Assembly (NCBI GenBank): GCA_963808625.1 | Contig: CAWEHK010000009.1 | Span: 1 to 24,743 of the forward strand | DNA: 24,743 nt | DNA from: an uncultured delta proteobacterium | GTDB taxonomy: Bacteria; Desulfobacterota; Syntrophobacteria; Syntrophobacterales; Syntrophobacteraceae | Direction of reading: 5' to 3' | Part shown: piece by piece, positions 1-8,966 of the stretch | How positions within the stretch are numbered: the first letter of the stretch is position 1 | Layout of the letters: the number at the start of each line of letters is the position of its first letter | Notes under the pieces: model-generated | Seen by the model: only the letters and a program-made list of their open reading frames with translations | Databases searched by the model: none | What the model was told of the DNA's origin: nothing | Translations under genes and position numbers: made by a program

Positions 1-17
1 CTGATGCTCCCTAAGTA

Positions 18-1883
18 GTGATATCAACAATCGTTAGGCGTCATGACGGTTCAGTACAGGATGACCAATCCAGACTGGCCCTTGCCCTTTCGCCAGTCCT
101 GTCGTCAGAGAACAACTGGGGAAGAAGGAGCAGGCGAGGACGAGCGAAGGCACGAGGCAGCACTGACGAGCCGAATAAGTCTTTCATGCAGCATTGCCAA
201 AAGGATTGGTATGAGATCGGGCAAAAGAAAAAGGTAGAAGGACCTCTTTCCGACAAGGGAGCAGACGTTGAAAGGACTGAGACTGTCAGGACCCCAAATT
301 CTAGCGTTCTTGGTGAAACCATTGCCACAACGGGTATTGCTCGTGATATTAGCGAGCGCGAGCAGGCCGAGGAGGCGCTCAGTGAGTCCGGGAATAAATA
401 TCGAACTGTTTTTGAAACAACTGGAACCGCAACGATACTGGTGGAGGAGGACACCACAATCTCGCTGGTAAATGTGGAATTTGAAAAGCTCTCCGGATTT
501 CTAAAAGAGGAAGTTGAGGGGAAAAAGAGTTTCTCGGAGTTCATTGCCGATGATGACCGGGAAAGACTGCTCCAGTACCATCATCTAAGAAGGATTGATC
601 CAAGCGCGGCACCACGCGAATATGAAGCCCGGGTTGTTGATCGGAAACTCAACGTTAAAGATGTTATTTTTACGGTGGGAATGATTCCAGGGACAACAAC
701 AAGTGTGGCTTCCATACTCGACATCACCGATCGCAAACGAGCTGAAAACGCACTGAGAAAGAGTGAAGAGCGCTTTCGTTCCCTCACTGAGAATTCACCT
801 ACAGGGGTTTTCATCATCCAGGACGGACATGTTGTCTACCACAATACCGAACAGGAGAGACTTTTTGGGCGAGGCTCACCACAAAAGATTGTCGATTTCA
901 GTCGGATTCATCCCGACGATGCGGAAGGGGTGAGAGCCCTTTACTGCAGCATGCTCAGTGAGGAAGGTCGGAAATGTGATATCGACTTCAGATTTTATCC
1001 GTGCGGTGAGAGTTGATGAGTTGTCGAGAATGCGATGGATTCATTGCCAGGCAAGCGTGATACAACATTCGATGGCAAAGAGGCCATACTCGTGAATGCG
1101 AGCGACATCACCCATATTAAGGAATTGGAACACCTTCTGAGGATAAAAGCCCGAATGGCCTCCCTTGGCCGAGTCGCTACAGGTATTGCTCATGAGCTGA
1201 GAAATCCTTTATCAGGTCTTAATATCCATTTAACCAACCTGGAAAGAACGTTGGATGACTTGCCCATGGAAGTGCCAACAGCCCAAAGGATAGGAGACAT
1301 TGTCGAGCAACTCAGATCCGTTTCCAATAGAATCGAAGGCGTGGTGAGAAGGGTCATGGACTATGCCAAACCATCGGACCCCCAATTTGCTCTGGGAGAC
1401 ATCAACCAATGCATTGAACGAGCCCTTCAGCTTTCTTCCGTTACCTTGCAAGACCGCGGTATCACCATCAGGAAACTACTGACTGAGAATCTCCCGGAGT
1501 GTTGTGCGGATTTCCACATGATCGAACAGGTCATCTTGAACCTTATTACCAATGCTGCTCAGGCTATGAAAACAACAGAGCAAGGCAAGATCATAGAGAT
1601 CTCTTCATCCGTCGTAAATGATTCTATTTTCATCAAGGTTTCCGACTCGGGACCAGGGGTTGCCCCTCCCTTGAGGGACAAGATCTTTGATCCTTTCTTT
1701 ACCTCTGACAGCGGAGGGACCGGTTTAGGGCTCAGCATCTGTCAGAGAATTATTGTCGACCATGGAGGGTCCTTGTATCTATCCGCAGGCAACTTGGGAG
1801 GGGCTCAGTTCGTGATCGAGCTCCCCGTCGGAGAAGGTGAGCACATAACCGATGCTCTCATACTCTATACATGTAGTCGATGA
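18..1883 (+). CDS. PAS-domain sensor histidine kinase (HisKA/HATPase_c), split by a frameshift near 1016-1035; true start uncertain
   Basis: ORF 18..1016 has PAS/PAC motifs (TGIARDISEREQAEEAL, LDITDRKRAENALRKSEERFRSL). ORF 1035..1883 has H-box GIAHELRNPL, N-box QVILNLITNA, G1 DSGPG, F-box IFDPFFT and G2 GTGLGLSI. Confidence 0.85.
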
Positions 1884-3231
1884 CGATAAAGCAATCAGGA
1901 AAGGTGTGGGTATGGCTTTGGAGCCGAGCTACCGGGTCAAGACCTTTCCCTCGGCTGAAGATGCCCTTCGCGTCATCAAAGAGAGCCCGCCCGACCTGGT
2001 GTTGCTTGATGTCCGACTCCCCGGCATGAGTGGAACGGATGCGCTCAAAGAGATCAAGAGCCTCTCTCCCGATACTCTGGTCATCATGATAACCGCCTAT
2101 GAGGACTATCGAACGGTCATCTCTGCCATGAAGCTCGGGGCTTATGATTATGTGGTGAAACCGATTCACATGGAAACCCTGGAGCTCAACATTCGCAATG
2201 CTCTGGAAACAATTAGACTCCGAAAAGAGGTCCAAGCCCTTCAGGAAAAATATCTCGGAGAGAACCTGCCCTTCTTCATTGGCGAAAGCGATGCCATCCA
2301 AAAGGTGATGGAGCTGGCAAACGCCGTTGCTATGAGCCCGGATACCCCGGTCCTCATTTTAGGAGAAACGGGTACGGGTAAAGAGTTTATTGCCGGCAGC
2401 ATCCATTACAAGAGTCCGAACTTCCGGGGGCCTTTTATTGCTTTGAACTGCGCCAGCATTCCTAATGATCTCGTAGAAAGTGAAATCTTCGGATACGAGA
2501 AAGGGGCCTTCAGTGGCGCCCGTATTGCGGGAAAGGAGGGTTTGATTGAACAGGCCGAGGCGGGGTCGCTTTTTTTGGATGAGATCGGAGACCTGAGCCT
2601 GGAGGCCCAGGCAAAACTGCTCCGCTTCCTGGAAACGGGCGATTATTACCGAGTTGGCGGGACGAAAAAGGTACAGGTAAAAACCAGGATCATTTCCGCC
2701 ACCAACAAAAGGCTGGAAGCCATGGTAGAGGATGGTCGCTTCCGAGAAGACCTCTATTACCGGCTGGCGGTGATCAAGATAGAAATTCCTCCCTTAAGCC
2801 AGCGGCGTGATGACATCATCCCTATTGCCAGGCATTTCCTCTTGTTCTTCGGTCGAAAGTACGGAAAACCTTTCGCTTCCCCCTCCCCTGAAGTTGAGGA
2901 TTTTCTGATTAACTACAACTGGAAGGGGAATGTTCGGGAATTAAAAAATGTCATTGAACGAGCGGTCCTCATCGACAAAGGGCCGGAACTGACCCTCGAA
3001 GCTCTCGATATCGTCAAACCTGGAAACGCTCAAACCTCACCACGGGGAATCGCCTTTCCCTCACTGGCACCCACCGGCGCCGATCTCTCTGCCATGCGCG
3101 AGTCCATGGATCGCTATTATTTCGAGGAGGCTCTCAAACTTGGCGAAGGCAGTGACAGCAAGGCCGCCCAGCTTCTTAATCTGAATTACTACACCTTCCG
3201 GCGCCGCAAAAAACAGCTTGGGCTCAAATAG
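1852..3231 (+). CDS. Sigma-54-dependent response regulator (REC-AAA+-HTH, NtrC/AtoC type)
   Basis: Receiver motifs VVDDD, LLDVRLPG and KP; Walker A GETGTGKE; GAFSGA loop; Walker B LFLDEIG; FREDLYYRL; WKGNVREL; C-terminal Fis-like HTH. Overlaps the kinase 3' end. Confidence 0.95.
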   Translation: MLSYSIHVVDDDKAIRKGVGMALEPSYRVKTFPSAEDALRVIKESPPDLVLLDVRLPGMSGTDALKEIKSLSPDTLVIMITAYEDYRTVISAMKLGAYDYVVKPIHMETLELNIRNALETIRLRKEVQALQEKYLGENLPFFIGESDAIQKVMELANAVAMSPDTPVLILGETGTGKEFIAGSIHYKSPNFRGPFIALNCASIPNDLVESEIFGYEKGAFSGARIAGKEGLIEQAEAGSLFLDEIGDLSLEAQAKLLRFLETGDYYRVGGTKKVQVKTRIISATNKRLEAMVEDGRFREDLYYRLAVIKIEIPPLSQRRDDIIPIARHFLLFFGRKYGKPFASPSPEVEDFLINYNWKGNVRELKNVIERAVLIDKGPELTLEALDIVKPGNAQTSPRGIAFPSLAPTGADLSAMRESMDRYYFEEALKLGEGSDSKAAQLLNLNYYTFRRRKKQLGLK

Positions 3232-3338
3232 CCCCGCCCCCCTCTCCTGTGGTTTGGCAATCTTTCCAAATCACCTCAGCTCAAATTTATTCGTAAGGTC
3301 CCTTTAATACAGAGAAAAGGTTCTGCACCGCGAGGATC

Positions 3339-3380
3339 TTGCACTTTTGCCAATCGGTGCCTTGCATTTTTGCACAATCG
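3339..3380. promoter_or_regulatory. Tandem candidate enhancer (UAS) boxes for the adjacent sigma-54 activator
   Basis: Direct repeat TTGCACTTTTGCCAATCG (3339-3356) / TTGCATTTTTGCACAATCG (3362-3380), each with TGCA-N-TGC dyad character, about 70-110 bp upstream of a -24/-12 motif. Confidence 0.55.
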
Positions 3381-3450
3381 AGCCCGAAGGCGATGCCCTT
3401 CGGCAAGTGCAAAAGGTTGGTCCATAAGGTTCTCCTGCTATCCCCGCTTC

Positions 3451-3467
3451 CTGGTATGGTTGATGCA
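3451..3467 (+). promoter_or_regulatory. Sigma-54 (-24/-12) promoter
   Basis: CTGGTATGGTTGATGCA has GG-N10-GC spacing, resembling TGGCAC-N5-TTGCA. It lies downstream of a bEBP gene and upstream of the secreted-protein cluster. Confidence 0.7.
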
Positions 3468-3606
3468 AGTCCGAAACACCACTACCTCGTGGCGATAGCG
3501 GGGTTGGCAGTCGCCCTGGTTATTCTTTTTGGCAGCTTCGATCGAGCAGGATTTCACCGGACGATTCCGGCTTGCTCCATCACTTAACCTAAATTTGGAG
3601 AGTATC

Positions 3607-4424
3607 ATGAAAACGCAGAAGAGTTTCCTGATTGCCGTCATTTGCCTGTTTCTTGGATTCATTGCAGCCATTTCGCTGGCGCAACAAGCACCAGGATGAT
3701 TTCTGGCTGGGGAGTGGGCGCCGGGGCCAATCTGGTCGTTACATCCGTCTCTGGTCCTGCCACGGCCATTCATAATCAGACCATATCGGTGACCTACAAG
3801 GTGAAGAACCAGGGTGACGTAGCTTCAGGTTCCTACCAGGTGGGGCTCTACCTGTCGACGGACAATAAGATTGACCCTGCCACCGACCGCCTGTTGGGAA
3901 ATGTGACGGTTTCCACAGGGCTGGCACCTGGGCAAAGCAAGAAGACGACTTCAAAGGTATTGGTTCCGATCAATGGATTGTCCGGGAAGTATTACTACGG
4001 TGCGGTGGTGGCAAGCAGCAAGAAGGCTTCATCGAAGCAGGTTTACCTCGTCCGTTATTCATTGGCGGACAATAATGACACCGTGACCGACCACAAGACC
4101 GGCTTGATCTGGCAGACGGCTGATGATGGACAAGCAAGAAATTGGGCTGATGCCAACCAGTACTGTGTGGATTTGGTTCTTGGCGGTAAAGCGGACTGGC
4201 GGCTGCCGAGGATTGATGAGTTGCAAACGATTATGGATTATTCCCGATCTCATCCTGCCATCGATCCGGTGTTTGAGTGCCGCTCGACCAGTTACTGGTC
4301 GAGCAGCTACCGTCGTCTACAACCCGGACTACGCGTGGCGCGTGGATTTCGACTATGGCAGCGTGACGGGACGATAAGACCTACCAGCTATTACGTCCGG
4401 TGTGTGCGCGGCGGATCTTGGTAA
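3607..4424 (+). CDS. Secreted CARDB + Lcl C-terminal (DUF1566) protein, paralog 1 (frameshift ~3690-3715; compensating indels in the 3' end)
   Basis: GGAG RBS then ATG 3607 with signal peptide MKTQKSFLIAVICLFLGFIAAISLA. CARDB-like ANLVVTSVSGP..VTYKVKNQG; DUF1566 motifs VTDHKTGLIWQ, WADANQYC, DWRLPRIDEL, YWSS, YVRCVRGG. Confidence 0.85.
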
Positions 4425-4579
4425 TTTGGTCCCTTGACCTTTAACAAATCAGACTCGGGTACGCGTCGGGTGACCGGTGAACCGACGCGGATAGAGTGTT
4501 GGACGAGCTGCCTTTCCCAGACCGCAAGCTTAGGGTACTTGGCTTTTGTTTTTTTATCAGCTGCCCTTAGAAGGGGGAC

Positions 4580-4698
4580 GTGTTCGATAGCTCTGTAAGT
4601 CTATGGAGCTTTCAGAGCATAGTAGGGATGGAAAGCCAGGGATTGTAAAGACAGCCGAGCCGGGTTGCCTGGAAAATGGTAGCTTGGCTTTTGTTTTT
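4580..4698 (+). ncRNA. Candidate GEMM-I (c-di-GMP-I / c-AMP-GMP) riboswitch with overlapping intrinsic terminator
   Basis: GGGATGGAAAGCCAGGG...ACAGCC..GCCGGGTTGCC resembles the P3/P1 3' half of Geobacter-type GEMM-I aptamers as recalled (GGGACGGAAAGCC..AGGG..GACAGCCGGGATGCC). Hairpin GCCGGGTTGCC/GGTAGCTTGGC plus TTTTGTTTTT at 4659-4698. The P2 region is atypical. Confidence 0.5.
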
Positions 4699-4737
4699 CT
4701 GTATCAACTACTAATAAAGGAAGACAAGGTGGACACT

Positions 4738-6912
4738 ATGATCAAGAGAACCATTGGAGTTTGTTTGTGTTTGTTGACATTTCTCTCACTAGCATCAGTG
4801 GCCACCGCGGCTGAATCACCTTCCGCGTTGGGAGGATATACATATACGACAATCATTCCTCCTGGATCTACGTACGCAGAAGTTCGAGGAATCAATAATA
4901 ATGGTGAAGTCATTGGACATGCCATCCAATGGTGGGTTCCCTAGGGCTTTTCTCTACAGTGGCGGGACGTATACCGAATTGAATCCTCCTGGATCGATTT
5001 ATTCGATTCCTACAGAAATCAAAGATAACGGTACGGTGATAGGATATTTCGGAGACAGCTCGGGGAAATGGAAGGGTTTTGTCTACAGTAAAGGGATGTA
5101 TACCGAATTGAGTGCTCCTGGATACACTGAATGGGATTAGTATCCTCAAGGAATCAACAACAATGGTATCGTTATTATAGATGGAATTAGTAATAATGGT
5201 GCGCATCCCTGCTGGATTCCTTTACAATAGAGGTACATATATCCAATTGCTTTCTTCTCAATTTTACGCCAGCATGCAGCCGAAGGGATCAATGATAAAG
5301 ATGTTGTGCTTGTAGTTGGAACGCGCTATGATGAATCATCTGGAACCTATAGACAGCCATGTTTTTATCTACAGCGAAGGAAGGTTATTCGAATTAAATC
5401 CTCCTGGACCGAACTTATGCACATTATATTGGGAAATTTTGTCTATTGAATGGAATCAACAATGACGGTGAAGTCATTGGATATGGTTATGACAGCTCTT
5501 TGATAGGTCATAGTTATCTCTACAGCGGCGGGACCTATACCGAAATACTTCCTCCTGGTTGGATTAACGTAGACGTTCAATCTCCATTTAATAAAATCAA
5601 CAATAACGGTGAAGTGATTGGAGGTGGCATTGACAGCTCCGGGAACTATAAGGGTTTTCTCTACAGCAAAGGGACCTATACCGAACTGATTCCTCCCGAA
5701 TGGAGCCTTAGTTCAGGCTGCTTATGGAATCAATGATAAGGGAGCGGTGATTGGGTCTGGTGCTGACAGCTTTGGGAACAATAAGGGGTTTGTATACAGT
5801 GAAGGGGCCTACACCGAATTGAGTCCTCCTGGATTCTACAGCACCAGCTCCTAGAGCAATCAATAATAACGGAGCGGTCATTGGATCTTTTTTCTGAGGG
5901 CCCCTATGCGGTCCCGAAGTGTTATCTAGCCATACCCCTTCCCACTCAACCCACCACCAATAACCCTCCAGTGGTTGATGCTGGAATTAACACAGAACTA
6001 TCCAGCGATACATTCCAGACTATCTCTATTCATGGTAAAGCAACGGACCAGGACCAAGGCGATATACTCAGTTATCGCTGGCGAGAAGGGGCAGACTGTT
6101 CTGTTTGACTGGACATCCGTGGGTTCGAATGGCGAATGTCCTCTCGATCATGGTATGGTTTCACTCTCCATCGGTAGTCACACCTTAACCCTTGAAGTGT
6201 ACGATGGAAAGATGCTACATCGGACGACATGATCTTAACCATCGGAAACTCTACTCCACATGCCGTAGCAACCGGGGCTGGAACCTATCCGATCAATGCT
6301 CCGGTGACTCTGAGCGGAAACGTATCTGATTATGACGGGGACAAGTTGACTTACGAGTGGCGGGAGGGGGCAAACGTGCTCTGCTCCGGCACTGTGCAAA
6401 CCGCTCCGGGAGGCGCCCCGGTAACCCTGCAACAAGATTGTATCCTGATACATCCCGGCTTGGGTGAGCACCCGATATTCCTTCAGGTTGCCGACGGTAT
6501 CAACGATCCAGTGGCAAGTAACCTTATCAAGGTTGAGGTCATCGATAATCAAGCCCCTGCCCTGGCTTCCGTTGCGAATCAAACTATCTTGTGGCCACCC
6601 AACCATAAGATGGCTCCCATTACCATTCAAGCCAATGCCAGTGACAACAGCGGATTACCGGTAACCTTGACGGCTTCCATCACGAGCAATGAGCCGGAAG
6701 ATGGTTTAGGTGATGGCGATAACGCACCCGACTGGACCGAACCAGTGGTAGACCAGGAGAAAGGGACGATCACGCTACAGATCCGAGCTGAGCGCTCCGG
6801 AAAAGGAAAAGGCCGCGAGTATTTCGTAGCAATCACAGCCACGGATTGCTTCGGCAACTCAAGCTCAGCAAGTGTGAAGTTTATTGTGCCTCACGATCAA
6901 GGCAAAAAATAA
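4738..6912 (+). CDS. Secreted protein with HAF-like extracellular repeats, PKD/Ig-like domains and a C-terminal LWPPNHKM domain; multiple frameshifts
   Basis: ATG 4738 with signal peptide MIKRTIGVCLCLLTFLSLASVATA. Repeats of GINNNGEVIG..KGFLYSxGTYTELxPPG are spread across ORF fragments. Also NNPPVVDAG..ATDQDQGDILSYRW, SDYDGDKLTYEW, ILWPPNHKM..RAERSGKGKGREY. Confidence 0.75.
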
Positions 6913-6942
6913 TCCATTCCCAAGGCGGTAACAGCGCCAATG

Positions 6943-6980
6943 AGGCAGGGTCAGCAATGGCTCTGCCTTTCTTTGGGTTT
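6943..6980 (+). terminator. Rho-independent terminator
   Basis: AGGCAGGGTCA-GCAA-TGGCTCTGCCT stem-loop followed by TTCTTT, 30 nt after the stop at 6912. Confidence 0.6.
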
Positions 6981-7081
6981 CACCTAAGCCTGAACGCTAT
7001 CTGACGGCTGTGACCGATCAACCAGCGGAAGTTTGATGCGACATTACCAGCCCCAATGTTAACCTCAATTTGGAGAGTATC

Positions 7082-7903
7082 ATGAGAGCACAGAAAAGTT
7101 TCCTCTTTGCAGTCAGTTGCCTGTTTCTGGTATCCATTGCAGCCATTTCTCCGGCGCAACAAACACTGGATGATCTTGTGGCTATACATGTGGGCGCCGG
7201 GGCCAATCTGGTTGTTACTTCGGTCGCTGGTCCTGTCACGGCCCTTCATAATCAGAAAATATCGGTGACCTACACTGTGAAGAACCAAGGCGACGCAGTT
7301 TCAGGTTCCTACCAGGTGGGACTCTACCTGTCGAGGGACAATAAGATTGACCCTGCCACCGATCGCCTGTTGGGAAATGTTACGGTCTCCACAGGGCTGG
7401 AGCCAGGGCTAAGCCAGAAGACCACTTCGAAGGTATTGGTTCCGATCGATGGACTGTCCGGGAAGTATTACTACGGTGCGGTGGTGGCGAGCAGCAAGAA
7501 GGCTTCATCGAAGCAGGTCTACCTCGTCCGTTATTCACCGAATAATGATGACACCGTAACCGACCACAAGACCGGCTTTACCTGGCAAACGGCTGATTAT
7601 GGACCACTAGGGAGTTGGGCTGATGCCAACCAGTACTGTGTGGATTTGGTTCTGGGCGGCTATGATGACTGGCGACTGCCGCGGCTCGATGAGCTTCAAA
7701 CGATTGTGGATTACTCCCGATCTCATCCAGCCATTGATCCGGTGTTCGCCGTCGACCCCACGCCCGGTTACTGGACGAGCACTACCATCGTTGGCTACCC
7801 TGACCACGCGTGGTACATGGAGTTCTCCCAAGGCCTCGTGGGGGGGGCGCCCAAGGCCGGCGCCGGAGGTTACGTGCGGTGTGTACGCGGGGGATCTTGG
7901 TAA
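7082..7903 (+). CDS. Secreted CARDB + Lcl C-terminal (DUF1566) protein, paralog 2 (intact)
   Basis: Same RBS/leader as paralog 1. Signal peptide, CARDB-like domain, VTDHKTGFTWQ, DDWRLPRLDEL, YWTSTT, AWYMEF, YVRCVRGGSW. Confidence 0.9.
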   Translation: MRAQKSFLFAVSCLFLVSIAAISPAQQTLDDLVAIHVGAGANLVVTSVAGPVTALHNQKISVTYTVKNQGDAVSGSYQVGLYLSRDNKIDPATDRLLGNVTVSTGLEPGLSQKTTSKVLVPIDGLSGKYYYGAVVASSKKASSKQVYLVRYSPNNDDTVTDHKTGFTWQTADYGPLGSWADANQYCVDLVLGGYDDWRLPRLDELQTIVDYSRSHPAIDPVFAVDPTPGYWTSTTIVGYPDHAWYMEFSQGLVGGAPKAGAGGYVRCVRGGSW

Positions 7904-7925
7904 TTTGGCCCTTTGACTTTTTGGG

Positions 7926-7957
7926 AAGCCGGAGAGAGATCTCCGGCTTTTTGTTTT
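7926..7957 (+). terminator. Perfect 10-bp hairpin with GAGA loop plus T-tract (terminator and/or DGR target hairpin)
   Basis: AAGCCGGAGA-GAGA-TCTCCGGCTT then TTTGTTTT, 22 nt after the stop of paralog 2. Confidence 0.7.
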
Positions 7958-8229
7958 CGGGGCCCAGGAGCCAGGAGCAAGTTCCTGGTGATAATGAAAG
8001 CCCCAAAGGCGAGCCCAGGAAATGTCGCAAGACCTGGGCTCTTTCGTAGAGGCCCTCGACAACTCTCATAAGGAAGGGAGGTTTTCCAACCCGCCAGGCT
8101 GCCATTTTGCCCTTATACAGACACATCCGAACCCCAGGGAGTGACAAAGGCTTCAGTCTCGATCATCTTTCATTCCCTTCCCCAAACTCGGAATCTCTAT
8201 GGTAGAGATACATATCCTCCCCGCTGGCC

Positions 8230-8466
8230 CTTACACCACCCATTCCATTGGCTTGCCGCAGCCGAAAACGGAGACGCGAAGGCCATGCCGAACTCGGCCT
8301 CATTTACAAGCGTGACGGCAAAGCGGATTTCGAGCTTTTCATCAAGAAAGGCGGCAGGTGGAAGCTTCCAAAGAAGCCCTCGCCTGGATGCGATAGGCCT
8401 TTGTCGATCAGCGAAAGAAAGAGGGCAGCCAATGCTGGGAAGCGCGATGAAAAGGCACCCCAATAG
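8230..8466 (+). pseudogene. Possible Sel1-like repeat gene remnant
   Basis: Joining frames gives WLAAAENGDAKAM(A)ELGLIY, and nearby KEALAWMR, resembling the Sel1 consensus. There is no intact ORF. Confidence 0.3.
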
Positions 8467-8548
8467 GCGATTTTGTCACAATTTTGGCTTTTGCACTGTG
8501 TATCCACATTTGAGCTCGATCTTCGACACATATCGTGGTCCTGGTGGT

Positions 8549-8966
8549 CTATCCGAATCTCCCCAGAACAGCACGCATGAATGCTCGAAGATCTTCCAAA
8601 CATTCCCATGCTGCCCGATAGACGATCCCAAGGTTCACCTTCCCGTATTCATGCACAATCAGATTCCGAAAACCCACCGCCTGGATCATCTTCTCCGTTA
8701 ACCCAGAATCGATAATAGTATTCTCTTCAAGAAGGTAAAAAAGCTCATTAGGTGCTGCCGGCGATGCCGAGTTCTTCATCACTGACCACATGCGCCGCCA
8801 TATCGATGCAATTCTGTACGGCCATCTGAAGGTTGAAAAGAATGCTTTCCTGCCGGTCCAAATCCTTCAGGAACACATCGAGATCTATCTGTCGTTTGTC
8901 GACGACGCGGGCCAAATGGTGTTCGGTGGTACTGCATTTTGCAGCGAGAATTCGCTTATTGACCAT
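8549..8966 (-). CDS. hepT: HepT-like HEPN ribonuclease toxin (DUF86), frameshift ~8760
   Basis: Two ORF fragments: LQMAVQNCIDMAAHVVS and GFRNLIVHEY (HEPN Rx4H motif). Overlaps the stop of the upstream MNT gene. Confidence 0.85.

Noticed and set aside
4439..4504. Integron attC site (..TTTAAC ... GTTGGAC around a hairpin)
   Set aside because: R'' and R' are poorly complementary, L boxes and spacers do not fit, and there is no second attC or intI.
4885..5875. AAC/AAT-rich stretches (GGAATCAACAACAATGG etc.) as a DGR template repeat
   Set aside because: They encode the GINNNG motif of the HAF-like repeats and do not align with the Lcl variable regions.
7839..7848. Poly-G tract in Lcl paralog 2 as a phase-variation switch
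   Set aside because: It is only ~8 G, in frame and near the C-terminus inside the variable region, so it is more simply explained by codon diversification.
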